The position numbers and the translations under genes are program-made. From Acidimicrobiaceae bacterium (GTDB taxonomy: Bacteria > Actinomycetota > Acidimicrobiia > Acidimicrobiales > RAAP-2), in contig DAHUZJ010000021.1 of assembly GCA_027306585.1 (NCBI GenBank), forward strand, positions 3,564-67,563: 64,000 nt of DNA. Reading direction: 5' to 3'. Below the pieces are notes generated by a model. That model was not told the DNA's origin. It ran no database searches and saw nothing but the letters and a program-made list of their open reading frames with translations. Positions 19,648 through 27,715 of this stretch are shown here, piece by piece. The first letter of the stretch is position 1; every line of letters begins with the position of its first letter.

Positions 19648-19916
19648 GAGCACAGGTGCGGGCGCACGTGTGCGAAGGGGATGACGCCTGTGCCAGGAGT
19701 GGTGGGGGCCTTGCCCGGCGACGTCCGCGCCATCGGTTGCAACGTACGAGCGCGAGATGAACGCCCCGCGAAGCGGCTGCAACACCGAGGTTTCCCCGAG
19801 GTGAAATCTCTCTGGGGCTGATCGCTCTGGGGCGGCCCCGCCCGGGAGGGCGCTCAGTCCCGCGATAGGACGAGCCCCGGCGCGGACCCCTTGGCCGTCG
19901 TGGCGGCGACCGCGGC

Positions 19917-20399
19917 CTATGCGACCCTGGGCGCCTTGGAGGAGGACCGGCGGCCGACGGGGCGGTCCGCCCCCCGGCCGGCTCGCGTCGACCTCGCCTT
20001 CTCCATCTTCCGGGACTGGCGGCGAGCGCCGACCGAGTGGCCCATGAGGGACAGTCCGATGCCGAGGAGCCAGATGTCCTTGGCGAACGCCGTCCCCTGT
20101 TGGGTGGGTCGAACGCCACCCTCCCGGCGCAGCCCTGGGGTCTTGACGTAGAGGCCCAGAAGGCCGCCGGCGAACGCCGTGAGCGACAGCCCGGCCAGTC
20201 CGTCGCCGACCAGCGGTAGGAGAAGGGCCCCGCCGACCGCGCACTCGGCCATCCCGAGGCCCTTGGCGAACCCGTCGGGCGGCACCTGCTCGAGCACCGG
20301 GTAGGCACTCTTCGCCATCTCGTGGATCGTGCCGGCACTCTCCTCGTCCGCCTGCAGCTTCCCGAGGCCGGAGCTCAAGATGAACGCTCCGGCGGCCAT
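19917..20399 (-). CDS. small integral membrane protein, unknown function
   Basis: MAAGAFILSSGLGKL ... GMAECAVGGALLLPLV ... LSLTAFAGGLLGLYV ... IWLLGIGLSLM gives 3-4 TM helices. The start is placed at ATG 20399; the track ORF extends to GTG 20474. Confidence 0.5.
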   Translation of the reverse strand: MAAGAFILSSGLGKLQADEESAGTIHEMAKSAYPVLEQVPPDGFAKGLGMAECAVGGALLLPLVGDGLAGLSLTAFAGGLLGLYVKTPGLRREGGVRPTQQGTAFAKDIWLLGIGLSLMGHSVGARRQSRKMEKARSTRAGRGADRPVGRRSSSKAPRVA

Positions 20400-20507
20400 C
20401 CGCTCCGGGAGGTTGGCACATCGTGATCGGTGTCGCACGAACGAAGCGGTACCCCGTCGGCCACCCCACCACACCCCGGTGCTGCCTCCGCACGGGCGGC
20501 CCGACGA

Positions 20508-21773
20508 TCAGAGCAAGAAGCGGAACAGGGCGCTGCCGGGCGTCATCGACTCGATCTCGAGGCCGGACGTCGCCATCCGGTCGAGCAACGGCGACAGGTC
20601 CTCGGGCCGGGCGAGCTCCAGCCCGACCAGGGCAGGACCGAGCTCCCGGCTGCTCTTCTTCATGTACTCGAAGAGCGTGATGTCGTCGTCGGGGCCCAGG
20701 CACTCGTCGAGGAACCGGCGCAGGGCCCCCGGCTGCTGGGGGAACTGCACCAGGAAGTAGTGCTTGAGGCCGCGGTCCACCAGGCTGCGCTCGATGATGT
20801 CGCCGTACCGGGCGACGTCGTTGTTGCCGCCGCTCAGCACGCACACGACCGTCCGGCCAGGGTCCCCCAGGTGGTCGGTCAGGTGCTCGAGAGCAGCGAT
20901 GGAGAGGGCGCCGGCCGGCTCGGCGACGATGCCGTCCTCCTGGTAGAGCGCAAGAAGCTCCGTGCAGATCCGTCCCTCCGTGACGATCGCCAGGCCGGAG
21001 AGGACCTCTTGTGCCACCGCCACTCCGAGCGCGCCCGGCGTGCCCACGACCGCCCCGTCGACGAAGTCGTCGGTGATGTCGACCCTCACCGGGTGCCCGG
21101 CGGCCAAGGAGCGGGCCATGGCCGGCGCCCCGGCCGGCTGGGCTCCCAGGAGCTGGGTGGGCGCGCCGAGCCCGTCCAGGCACGCCCCGATCCCCGCTAC
21201 CAGCCCGCCGCCGCCGATGGGCACCACGAGGGCGTCCGGCGGGCGGCCCAGTTGCTCCACCACCTCCAGCCCGACCGTCCCCTGGCCCGCCGCCGTCGCC
21301 GGGTCGTCGAAGGCGGGCACGACCGTGGCGCCCGTCGCCGCCGCATGGGCCGCTGCCGCTGCCGCGGCGTCGTCGAACGTGGTGCCGGCGAAGCGCACGT
21401 CGACGAGGGCGCCTCCGATCGAGCGGATGCGGTCCACCTTCTGGCGTGGGGTCCTTCCCGGGAGGAAGACCGTCCCGGGCACCCCGAGGTGGCGGCAGCT
21501 CCAGGCGACCCCTTGGGCATGGTTGCCCGCACTGGCACAGGTGACGCCCGCCGCTGGCGGCCCTCCGGAGAGGCCGGCGATGAAGTTGTAGGCACCTCGG
21601 ATCTTGTAGGAGCGGACGGATTGGAGGTCCTCCCGCTTGAGCAGCACCTCGACCCCGTAGCGAGCCGAGAGCCGCTCGTTGCGCTGCAGCGGGGTCTGCA
21701 CCCCGATGGGGGCCAGGCGCTCGGCGGCCGCCCGCACCGTCGCCAGGTTGAGGACCTCTCGCCAGTCGCTCAC
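20508..21773 (-). CDS. ilvA: threonine ammonia-lyase (threonine dehydratase) with one C-terminal ACT-like regulatory domain
   Basis: PLP-lysine motif SYKIRGAYN, then SAGNHAQGVA and PIGGGGL, and the C-terminal HYFLVQFPQQPGALRRFL. The GTG start at 21773 overlaps the upstream stop (GTGA). Confidence 0.9.
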   Translation of the reverse strand: MSDWREVLNLATVRAAAERLAPIGVQTPLQRNERLSARYGVEVLLKREDLQSVRSYKIRGAYNFIAGLSGGPPAAGVTCASAGNHAQGVAWSCRHLGVPGTVFLPGRTPRQKVDRIRSIGGALVDVRFAGTTFDDAAAAAAAHAAATGATVVPAFDDPATAAGQGTVGLEVVEQLGRPPDALVVPIGGGGLVAGIGACLDGLGAPTQLLGAQPAGAPAMARSLAAGHPVRVDITDDFVDGAVVGTPGALGVAVAQEVLSGLAIVTEGRICTELLALYQEDGIVAEPAGALSIAALEHLTDHLGDPGRTVVCVLSGGNNDVARYGDIIERSLVDRGLKHYFLVQFPQQPGALRRFLDECLGPDDDITLFEYMKKSSRELGPALVGLELARPEDLSPLLDRMATSGLEIESMTPGSALFRFLL

Positions 21774-22138
21774 GGGTCTTCCCGCGCCAGATCGAGCAGG
21801 TAGCGCTGCTCGGGGCTCCCGTCCACGAAGAAGCGGGCGATGGGGTGGAAGGAGTCGCCGAAGCGCAGGATCGCCCGGGCGGTCGCCAGCGACCTCAGCA
21901 GCTCCGGCACGCCCAGCGCCTCGAGGGCGGCGGCGGCCTCTGCCCGTGCCGCCGGGTCCGCGGGCACGTCGGGCCGCAGGCGCCGCGCCAGCTCGTCCAC
22001 CATGACGTCCAGATCCGGGAGGCCAGCCACTCCGCCGGACCGTACCCGAGCCGAGGGGCTGTCGCCGGTCGTCGCACTTCTGTAGCGTCGCAGTTGCGCG
22101 AACGACGCGTACGACGGCGTACGCGGCGTGCGCGTCAC
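21770..22138 (-). CDS. hypothetical small protein translationally coupled to ilvA
   Basis: ORF with GC3-rich codons ending in a GTGA overlap with ilvA. The real start may be the internal ATG at 22003 (77 aa). I recognise no family. Confidence 0.35.
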   Translation of the reverse strand: MTRTPRTPSYASFAQLRRYRSATTGDSPSARVRSGGVAGLPDLDVMVDELARRLRPDVPADPAARAEAAAALEALGVPELLRSLATARAILRFGDSFHPIARFFVDGSPEQRYLLDLAREDP

Positions 22139-22173
22139 GTACGCGTCGTTCGTCGGTCACGAAGGAGCCCGCG

Positions 22174-22947
22174 ATGGCCAGGACGGCGAGCCCCCGACGG
22201 TGGACCATCGAACCGATCGTGGGCGACCGTCGCCGCGTGCTGCGCGTCGTGGCCGTCCTCGCGGGGGCGGCGGTCGTCGTCTTCGCCGTCGGCAGCGGGC
22301 TGGGCCTGGGGCTCGTCGGCCGCCACGGTGGGGGGCTCGTCCAGGGGTGGGACGACCAGGTCCAGGCTTGGGACCTGCACCACCGTTACGCCGTCTCGGC
22401 GGCCAAGGCGGTGGCCTTCTTCGGCGACGCCCCGAAGCTGGCCGTCATCGCCGTGGTCCTCAGCGCCGTCTTGCTGGTCACGATCCGCACGGTGCGCGCG
22501 CTGATCCCGATCGCGGCGTACCTCGGAGGCGAGCTCCAGGTCTTCCTGATCCGTGAGGTGGTCCACCGCCACCGCCCTCCCACCGCCAACTACCCGGCGC
22601 CGGGCGCCATCCCCGGCGTGCACGAGACCAGCTTCTCGTTCCCGTCGGGACACTCGGTGGCGGTGACGGCGATGCTCTTCGGCTGCCTGGGCGCCATCGC
22701 CATCGCCCATCGCTGGTGGTGGCCGTGGGCCGTCGCCCTCGTGGCCTCCCTGTACGTGGTCGACACCCGGCTCGATCTCGGGGTCCATTGGTTCAGCGAC
22801 GTCACCATCGGGCTGGCGCTCGGCGTCGCGTGGGGGGTGACGGTCGCCGTGACGTCCTTCCGTTTCGACTGGGACGACGTCCGGGACCTGCTGCCCACCC
22901 GAGGCCGCGGCCGTGGGGCGCCCGCGCCCGCTCCGCCCCGCGCCTGA
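22174..22947 (+). CDS. PAP2 family membrane phosphatase
   Basis: The three PAP2 motifs are REVVHRHRPP, PSGH and TRLDLGVHWFSD, with several TM helices. Confidence 0.85.
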   Translation: MARTASPRRWTIEPIVGDRRRVLRVVAVLAGAAVVVFAVGSGLGLGLVGRHGGGLVQGWDDQVQAWDLHHRYAVSAAKAVAFFGDAPKLAVIAVVLSAVLLVTIRTVRALIPIAAYLGGELQVFLIREVVHRHRPPTANYPAPGAIPGVHETSFSFPSGHSVAVTAMLFGCLGAIAIAHRWWWPWAVALVASLYVVDTRLDLGVHWFSDVTIGLALGVAWGVTVAVTSFRFDWDDVRDLLPTRGRGRGAPAPAPPRA

Positions 22948-22990
22948 CGCCCGCGGTCGCCGCCGGCCCGTTCTGCGATAGGACGGACCT

Positions 22991-24598
22991 GTGCGTGGTC
23001 GGGTGTCCGTCGCCGTCCTCACCCTCGCCGCCGGACTCGCGGTCCTCGCGTGGGCCGGTCCGGCGGGGGCCGGCGTTGCGGCCCGGTCCAACGGCTCCGA
23101 TACCGCACGGAGCGCGTCGCGACGGCGCGGCACCTTCCAGGGTCCCGACGGCGTGGAGGCCTCCTGGGTCATCAAGGAGAACGACAGGCCCGGGACCACG
23201 GCCTGGCGCATCACCGGCCACCAGACCCCCACAGGCATCATGGGCTATGCCAACCGGGTCGAGGCCCGGCGCGGCCAGGTGGTCACGCTCTTCGTGTCCA
23301 CCAGGGCGCCCTCGTTCCGAGTGGAGGCATTCCGCATGGGCTACTACCACGGCAAGGGGGCGCGCCTCGTCTGGCAGTCGGGCAAGGTCGCCGGGGTCGT
23401 CCAGCCGACATGCCCCGTCACCCCGGGGATCAACATGGTCGAATGCCACTGGGCCGCCTCGACGCACTTCTCGGTGGACCGCCAGTGGGTCCAGGGCGAT
23501 TACCTGCTCAAGCTCGTCGGCAGCCAGGGTCAGCAGGCGTACGTCCCGCTCACCGTGTGGGACCCGGCCAGCCGGGCCGCCTACGTCGTCATGGAGGGCT
23601 CGTTCACCCAGGAGGTGTTCAACCCGTTCGGCGGCTACGACCTGTACCAGGGCGCGACCCCGTGTGCCGCGGGGGTCTACCCGTGCTCGAGCCGGTCCCG
23701 GGTGGTCTCCTTCGACCGGCCGTACACCTACGCCTACGGGCAGGGCGCCGGGACGTTCCTCAGCCTCGTGTACCCGCTCACCCGGTGGATGGAGAAGCAC
23801 GGCCTCGACGTCACCTACTGGACGGACCTCACCTTGCACGAGCACGGCACACTGCTCCCCCGCCATCGCGTGCTGATCTCGACCGGCCACGACGAGGAGT
23901 GGTCGCTCCACATGCGCGACGCTGCCACCGCCGGGCTGGACCGCGGCGTCAACATCGCCTTCTTCGGGGCCAGCCCGGTGCTGCGCAAGGTCCGGCTGCA
24001 GCCGTCGCCGCTCGGCCCTGACCGGGAGATCGTGAACTACCGCGACCCCACAGCCGATCCGGAATTGGCGACCGACCCGGCGCGCGTGAGCCAGAACACA
24101 TGGGGCCAAGCCCCCGCCGACCTCCCCGCGAGCGCCCTCGTGGGCGCCGCGTACGTCGGCTTCAACAACACAGCCGCCTTTCCCCTCGTGGTCTCGAACC
24201 CGTCGTCGTGGCTCTTCGCCGGCACCGGGCTGGCGGCCGGTGCCCAGGTGCCCGGCGTGCTCTCCACCGACTTCCAGGAGTACCAGCCGACAGGTGACAA
24301 CCCGCCCGGCGTGGAGATCGTCGCCCATTCGCCGGTGACCGTCACCTTGCACGCCACAACGCAGATGTACGCCGACACGACGTACTACACGATGCCCGGC
24401 GGGGGGGCAGGTGTCTTCGAGAGCGGCGCCAACTCGTGGATCCCGTCGCTCGCTCCGTGCCCGGCGACGACGCCCGCCGCAGCTTGCCCGGCGAAGACCA
24501 TGCGCAAGCTCACCGGCAACGTGCTCCGGGTGTTCGGGCAAGGCCCGGTCGGCCGACGCTATCCGTCGGTCGCCAATTGGCAGCAGTTCTACGGGTGA
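22991..24598 (+). CDS. secreted protein resembling the N,N-dimethylformamidase large-subunit-like family (DUF6605-type)
   Basis: Signal peptide VAVLTLAAGLAVLAWAGPAGA. The segments GYANRVEARRGQVV, GDYLLKL and STGHDEEWSLHMRD are reminiscent of that family. This is a by-eye assignment. Confidence 0.5.
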   Translation: MRGRVSVAVLTLAAGLAVLAWAGPAGAGVAARSNGSDTARSASRRRGTFQGPDGVEASWVIKENDRPGTTAWRITGHQTPTGIMGYANRVEARRGQVVTLFVSTRAPSFRVEAFRMGYYHGKGARLVWQSGKVAGVVQPTCPVTPGINMVECHWAASTHFSVDRQWVQGDYLLKLVGSQGQQAYVPLTVWDPASRAAYVVMEGSFTQEVFNPFGGYDLYQGATPCAAGVYPCSSRSRVVSFDRPYTYAYGQGAGTFLSLVYPLTRWMEKHGLDVTYWTDLTLHEHGTLLPRHRVLISTGHDEEWSLHMRDAATAGLDRGVNIAFFGASPVLRKVRLQPSPLGPDREIVNYRDPTADPELATDPARVSQNTWGQAPADLPASALVGAAYVGFNNTAAFPLVVSNPSSWLFAGTGLAAGAQVPGVLSTDFQEYQPTGDNPPGVEIVAHSPVTVTLHATTQMYADTTYYTMPGGGAGVFESGANSWIPSLAPCPATTPAAACPAKTMRKLTGNVLRVFGQGPVGRRYPSVANWQQFYG

Positions 24599-24616
24599 GC
24601 GGCCGGGGCGCCCGGC

Positions 24617-24769
24617 TCAGTGGGCACCCGCGTGGCGCTCGAGGAACCGCAGGATCGTGGCGTGCTTCTCCGTGTCGAGGAGCATGAGCTCGACCAGGTC
24701 GCGAGTGTCCACGCCTGCGCCCGTCGCCGCCAAGCCCTGCCGTGCCGTCTCCCAATCGCTCGTGGTCAT
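24617..24769 (-). CDS. hypothetical 50-aa protein
   Basis: ATG at 24769 preceded by GGAGGGCGGCC (a GGAGG about 7 nt upstream). The sequence is MTTSDWETARQGLAATGAGVDTRDLVELMLLDTEKHATILRFLERHAGAH. I recognise no family. Confidence 0.35.
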   Translation of the reverse strand: MTTSDWETARQGLAATGAGVDTRDLVELMLLDTEKHATILRFLERHAGAH

Positions 24770-24895
24770 GGCCGCCCTCCGTCCGCAGGCTGGTGTCAGC
24801 GTACGAAGCGGCTGCCGGCCGCGGCAGGGCCGATGGACCCTGGTAGCCGGGGTCGGGCGCGAGGGTGATCGTGCCGGGCCAGTAGCGTCGCACCG

Positions 24896-25843
24896 ATGGT
24901 CCGCGAGCTCGTCGTGCTCGGCTCGGCCAGTCAGGTGCCGACCCGCCGCCGGAACCACAACGGCTACCTCCTGCGATGGAATGGCCACGGCGTTCTCTTC
25001 GACCCGGGGGAGGGGACGCAGCGCCAGCTCCTCCTGGCGGGTGTCGCGCCGTCGGCGGTGACCGCCATCTGCATCACCCATTTCCACGGTGACCACTGCC
25101 TCGGCCTGCCGGGGGTGCTCCAGCGCCTGGCGCTCGACGGCGTCGAGCGGCCCGTCCCCATCGTCTTCCCGGCCGCCGGGCGGGAGTACTTCGACCGCCT
25201 CCGGCATGCCTCGTCCTTCGACGACACCCTCGACGTGCGGCCCCTTCCCCTCGAGGCGCCGTCCGACGGGTCCACGGTGCCGGTGCCCCTCGACCTCGGC
25301 GGCGGCCTCTGCCTCGAGGTCGCCGCCCTGGCGCACCGGATCCCCACGGTTGGCTTTCGCCTGGTCGAGCCGGCCGGCCGCACCATGGTGCCCCAGCGGT
25401 TGGCGGCTGCGGGTGTGAGCGGTCCCGACATCGGACGCCTGGAGCGGACCGGGGCCGTCCGGGTGGGCGGGCGCGACGTGCGGGTGCAGGACGTGAGCAT
25501 CGAGCGGCCCGGCCAGCGGGCGGCAGTGGTCATGGACACCGGGTGGTGCGCCGGTGCGCTCGCGCTCGCTGACCACGCCGACCTTCTCGTGTGCGAGGCG
25601 ACGTTCACCACCGCCGACGCTGACGTCGCCGCCCGGTCCGGGCACCTGACGGCTGCCCAGGCGGGCCGGCTGGCGAGCGAGGCGGGCGCCACCCACCTTC
25701 TCCTGGCCCACTTCTCCCAGCGGTACCCGGACGTGGCTCCGCTCGTGGCGGAGGCACGCGCCGCCTTCGCCGGCCGGATCACCGCCGCCGAGGACCTGCA
25801 GCGGGTGGCACTGCCGGCGCGCCGCCGGGCGATCGCCCGGTGA
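24896..25843 (+). CDS. rnz: ribonuclease Z (metallo-beta-lactamase fold)
   Basis: LGSASQVPTRRRNHNGYLL, ITHFHGDHCLGLPG (HxHxDH) and C-terminal LAHFSQRY. Confidence 0.85.
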   Translation: MVRELVVLGSASQVPTRRRNHNGYLLRWNGHGVLFDPGEGTQRQLLLAGVAPSAVTAICITHFHGDHCLGLPGVLQRLALDGVERPVPIVFPAAGREYFDRLRHASSFDDTLDVRPLPLEAPSDGSTVPVPLDLGGGLCLEVAALAHRIPTVGFRLVEPAGRTMVPQRLAAAGVSGPDIGRLERTGAVRVGGRDVRVQDVSIERPGQRAAVVMDTGWCAGALALADHADLLVCEATFTTADADVAARSGHLTAAQAGRLASEAGATHLLLAHFSQRYPDVAPLVAEARAAFAGRITAAEDLQRVALPARRRAIAR

Positions 25844-26152
25844 CGGGGGAACGGCCCCGCGCCCCCGGGTGGCGGCCCGTGCCGGACGAGGGACGGCGTC
25901 ACGGGCGCGAGGCACCTCGCTCGCATCGTGAATTCGCACAACCGGGCGTACCGTGGGCCGGCACCCCCTTTGGCACGAGGCCGACCCCGACCGCACTCGT
26001 TCTGCCTGGTCGAGGGCGAAGCGATTGACACGGCGGCTCCGGCACCGTTGGCTACAGTTCGGATCAGGTCGGTCGATGGACCGGTGGCTCACGGAGGGCC
26101 GCCACGAGCCGGCGGTGGCCTTCGTGCACCGCGGGAGAGGAAGGCCAGTTCG

Positions 26153-27715
26153 ATGGACGACGTGCTCTGGGAGCTCCGCACCGACGAAGACGACGCGTCA
26201 CTGCTCGCCGGTTGCCTCCTGCAGGCGCCGGATGGGATCGACCTCGCCTACCGTCTCCTCGATCGGGTCGCCGAGCGTGACCGGGTGGGGGAGCCCTCCC
26301 TCGTGCTGCACCCAGCCCGCCTTGGCCCGCAGGTCTTCGTGCGCGGTGGCGTACCACCTACGGCCGACGACGTGGCTACCTTGCTCGGGAGGGGCCGGGG
26401 GCTGCACGCCGACGATGCGCGGCTCATGACGGGCATTCAGCCGGTCGTGGCCGCCAGCTGCGAGCGGGCCCTTGATGCCGACGTCACCGCTTCGGCGGAC
26501 GGCGCCGTCGGCGGCCTGGCGAGCCGGCCGTCGCTCGACATCGAGGTCGCCCGTGCCGCGGCCTGCGGTGCTCGCTACGGCTGGCCGGTGACGGCGCTGC
26601 TGCTGGCACTCGCAGGGGCTGACGGACCGTTCGGCGGCTGGGACGCGCTGTGCCGGGCCGTGCTGGCGGCGACCCGAGTCGGTGACCTCGTCGGGGTCGC
26701 TGGTCCCGGCCGGATCCTGGCTCTCCTCGGGAACGGTGGCCCCGGCGTCGGAGCGCCCTTTCTCGAGCGGGTACGAGCCGCCCTCGGCGCTCCGGGGGTG
26801 GAGGGCGCGCCGCCGCCCGGGGTGGTCACGGCCACGGCGAACGTTCCGGCGGAGACGGTCGACCCGGAAGAGGTCTGGCGCCTGCTCGACGAGCGACTGC
26901 TCGAGCACGGCGGTGCGTTGGGCACGTCGGGCGAGCACTGGTCCGGCGCGGTGCCGAGCAGCCTCGAGCTCCAGCTGCGAGCGTTGCCGGGCGTCGTCGC
27001 CGTGGGGACCTCGGCACGTGGCGCCGTGGGCGGCCCGCAGCTGACCGTCGTGGCCCTGGAAGCCGGCGACCACGTGCACGCCGCCGCCAGCCGGTTGGTG
27101 GCGCAGCATTTCGGCGACGGTGCCGTACCCCTCGTCACCGTTGGTGCGAGCCCGCCTTCCGGGCCTTCCGTCCGGACGAATGGCGCGACGAACGGCCACG
27201 AGCGAGCGACGCTGCTGAGTGGCTCCAGGGCTCCGACGGCCGTGCCCAGCACGAACCACACACGCGTCGTGGTCGCCACTGGCGAGCGCCGAGCCCTGGT
27301 GGCCGCCTCCGGGGTCCCCCGCGTCGCCCTCCTCACCGCCCGATTCGACCCGGTCACCGGAACGAGCGAGGTCGCGCTCGGGCGCGACGGTGACCGTGCC
27401 GTGGGCCGAGCAACCGCCGGTCCGCTCGCGGGCGGAGCGCAAGCGACGCTGGCCGCCCTCGGTGTCCTCGGCGTCGACGTGCCCTTCTACCTTCGATCGG
27501 TGGCGCGAGCCCGGGACCTCCCGGGTGAGCCGGTCGTCGTGGTGCTGGCTCCGCGGCACCCACCTGCCGATGGCTTGGCGCAGAGCGCCGAAGGCGACCG
27601 GGTCGGGGTCGCCGGCGGCGACGGTGAGGTGGAGGCAGCCAGCCGGGCCACGCTGGGGGCCCTCAATCGCTTCCTGTTCGCCCGGCCGGAGCTCCGCTCG
27701 GCCGACCGAGGGTGA
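26153..27715 (+). CDS. hypothetical protein with a degenerate GGDEF-like core (GPGRI in place of GGDEF) and retained RxxD spacing
   Basis: ATG 26153 is preceded by GGGAGAGGAAGG. The segment ARYGWPVTALLLALAG...LCRAVLAATRVGDLVGVAGPGRILALLGN...APFLERVRAAL follows the GGDEF-domain template. Its stop overlaps the next start (GTGA). Confidence 0.55.
   Translation: MDDVLWELRTDEDDASLLAGCLLQAPDGIDLAYRLLDRVAERDRVGEPSLVLHPARLGPQVFVRGGVPPTADDVATLLGRGRGLHADDARLMTGIQPVVAASCERALDADVTASADGAVGGLASRPSLDIEVARAAACGARYGWPVTALLLALAGADGPFGGWDALCRAVLAATRVGDLVGVAGPGRILALLGNGGPGVGAPFLERVRAALGAPGVEGAPPPGVVTATANVPAETVDPEEVWRLLDERLLEHGGALGTSGEHWSGAVPSSLELQLRALPGVVAVGTSARGAVGGPQLTVVALEAGDHVHAAASRLVAQHFGDGAVPLVTVGASPPSGPSVRTNGATNGHERATLLSGSRAPTAVPSTNHTRVVVATGERRALVAASGVPRVALLTARFDPVTGTSEVALGRDGDRAVGRATAGPLAGGAQATLAALGVLGVDVPFYLRSVARARDLPGEPVVVVLAPRHPPADGLAQSAEGDRVGVAGGDGEVEAASRATLGALNRFLFARPELRSADRG

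Noticed and set aside
19479-19742. 87-aa minus-strand ORF in the gap upstream of the response regulator
   Set aside because: It has a Pro/Gly/Ala-rich low-complexity translation, overlaps the regulator start, has no RBS and matches no family pattern.
18745-20474. Search for a histidine kinase partner next to the OmpR-type regulator
   Set aside because: Neither flank encodes HisKA/HATPase motifs. The neighbours are a TetR gene and a small membrane protein, so the regulator is treated as an orphan.
26025-26058. Perfect TTGACA at 26025-26030 as the promoter of the 26153 gene
   Set aside because: No acceptable -10 lies at 16-18 nt spacing. The TACAGT at 26053-26058 is 22 nt away. I keep it only as a weak possibility.
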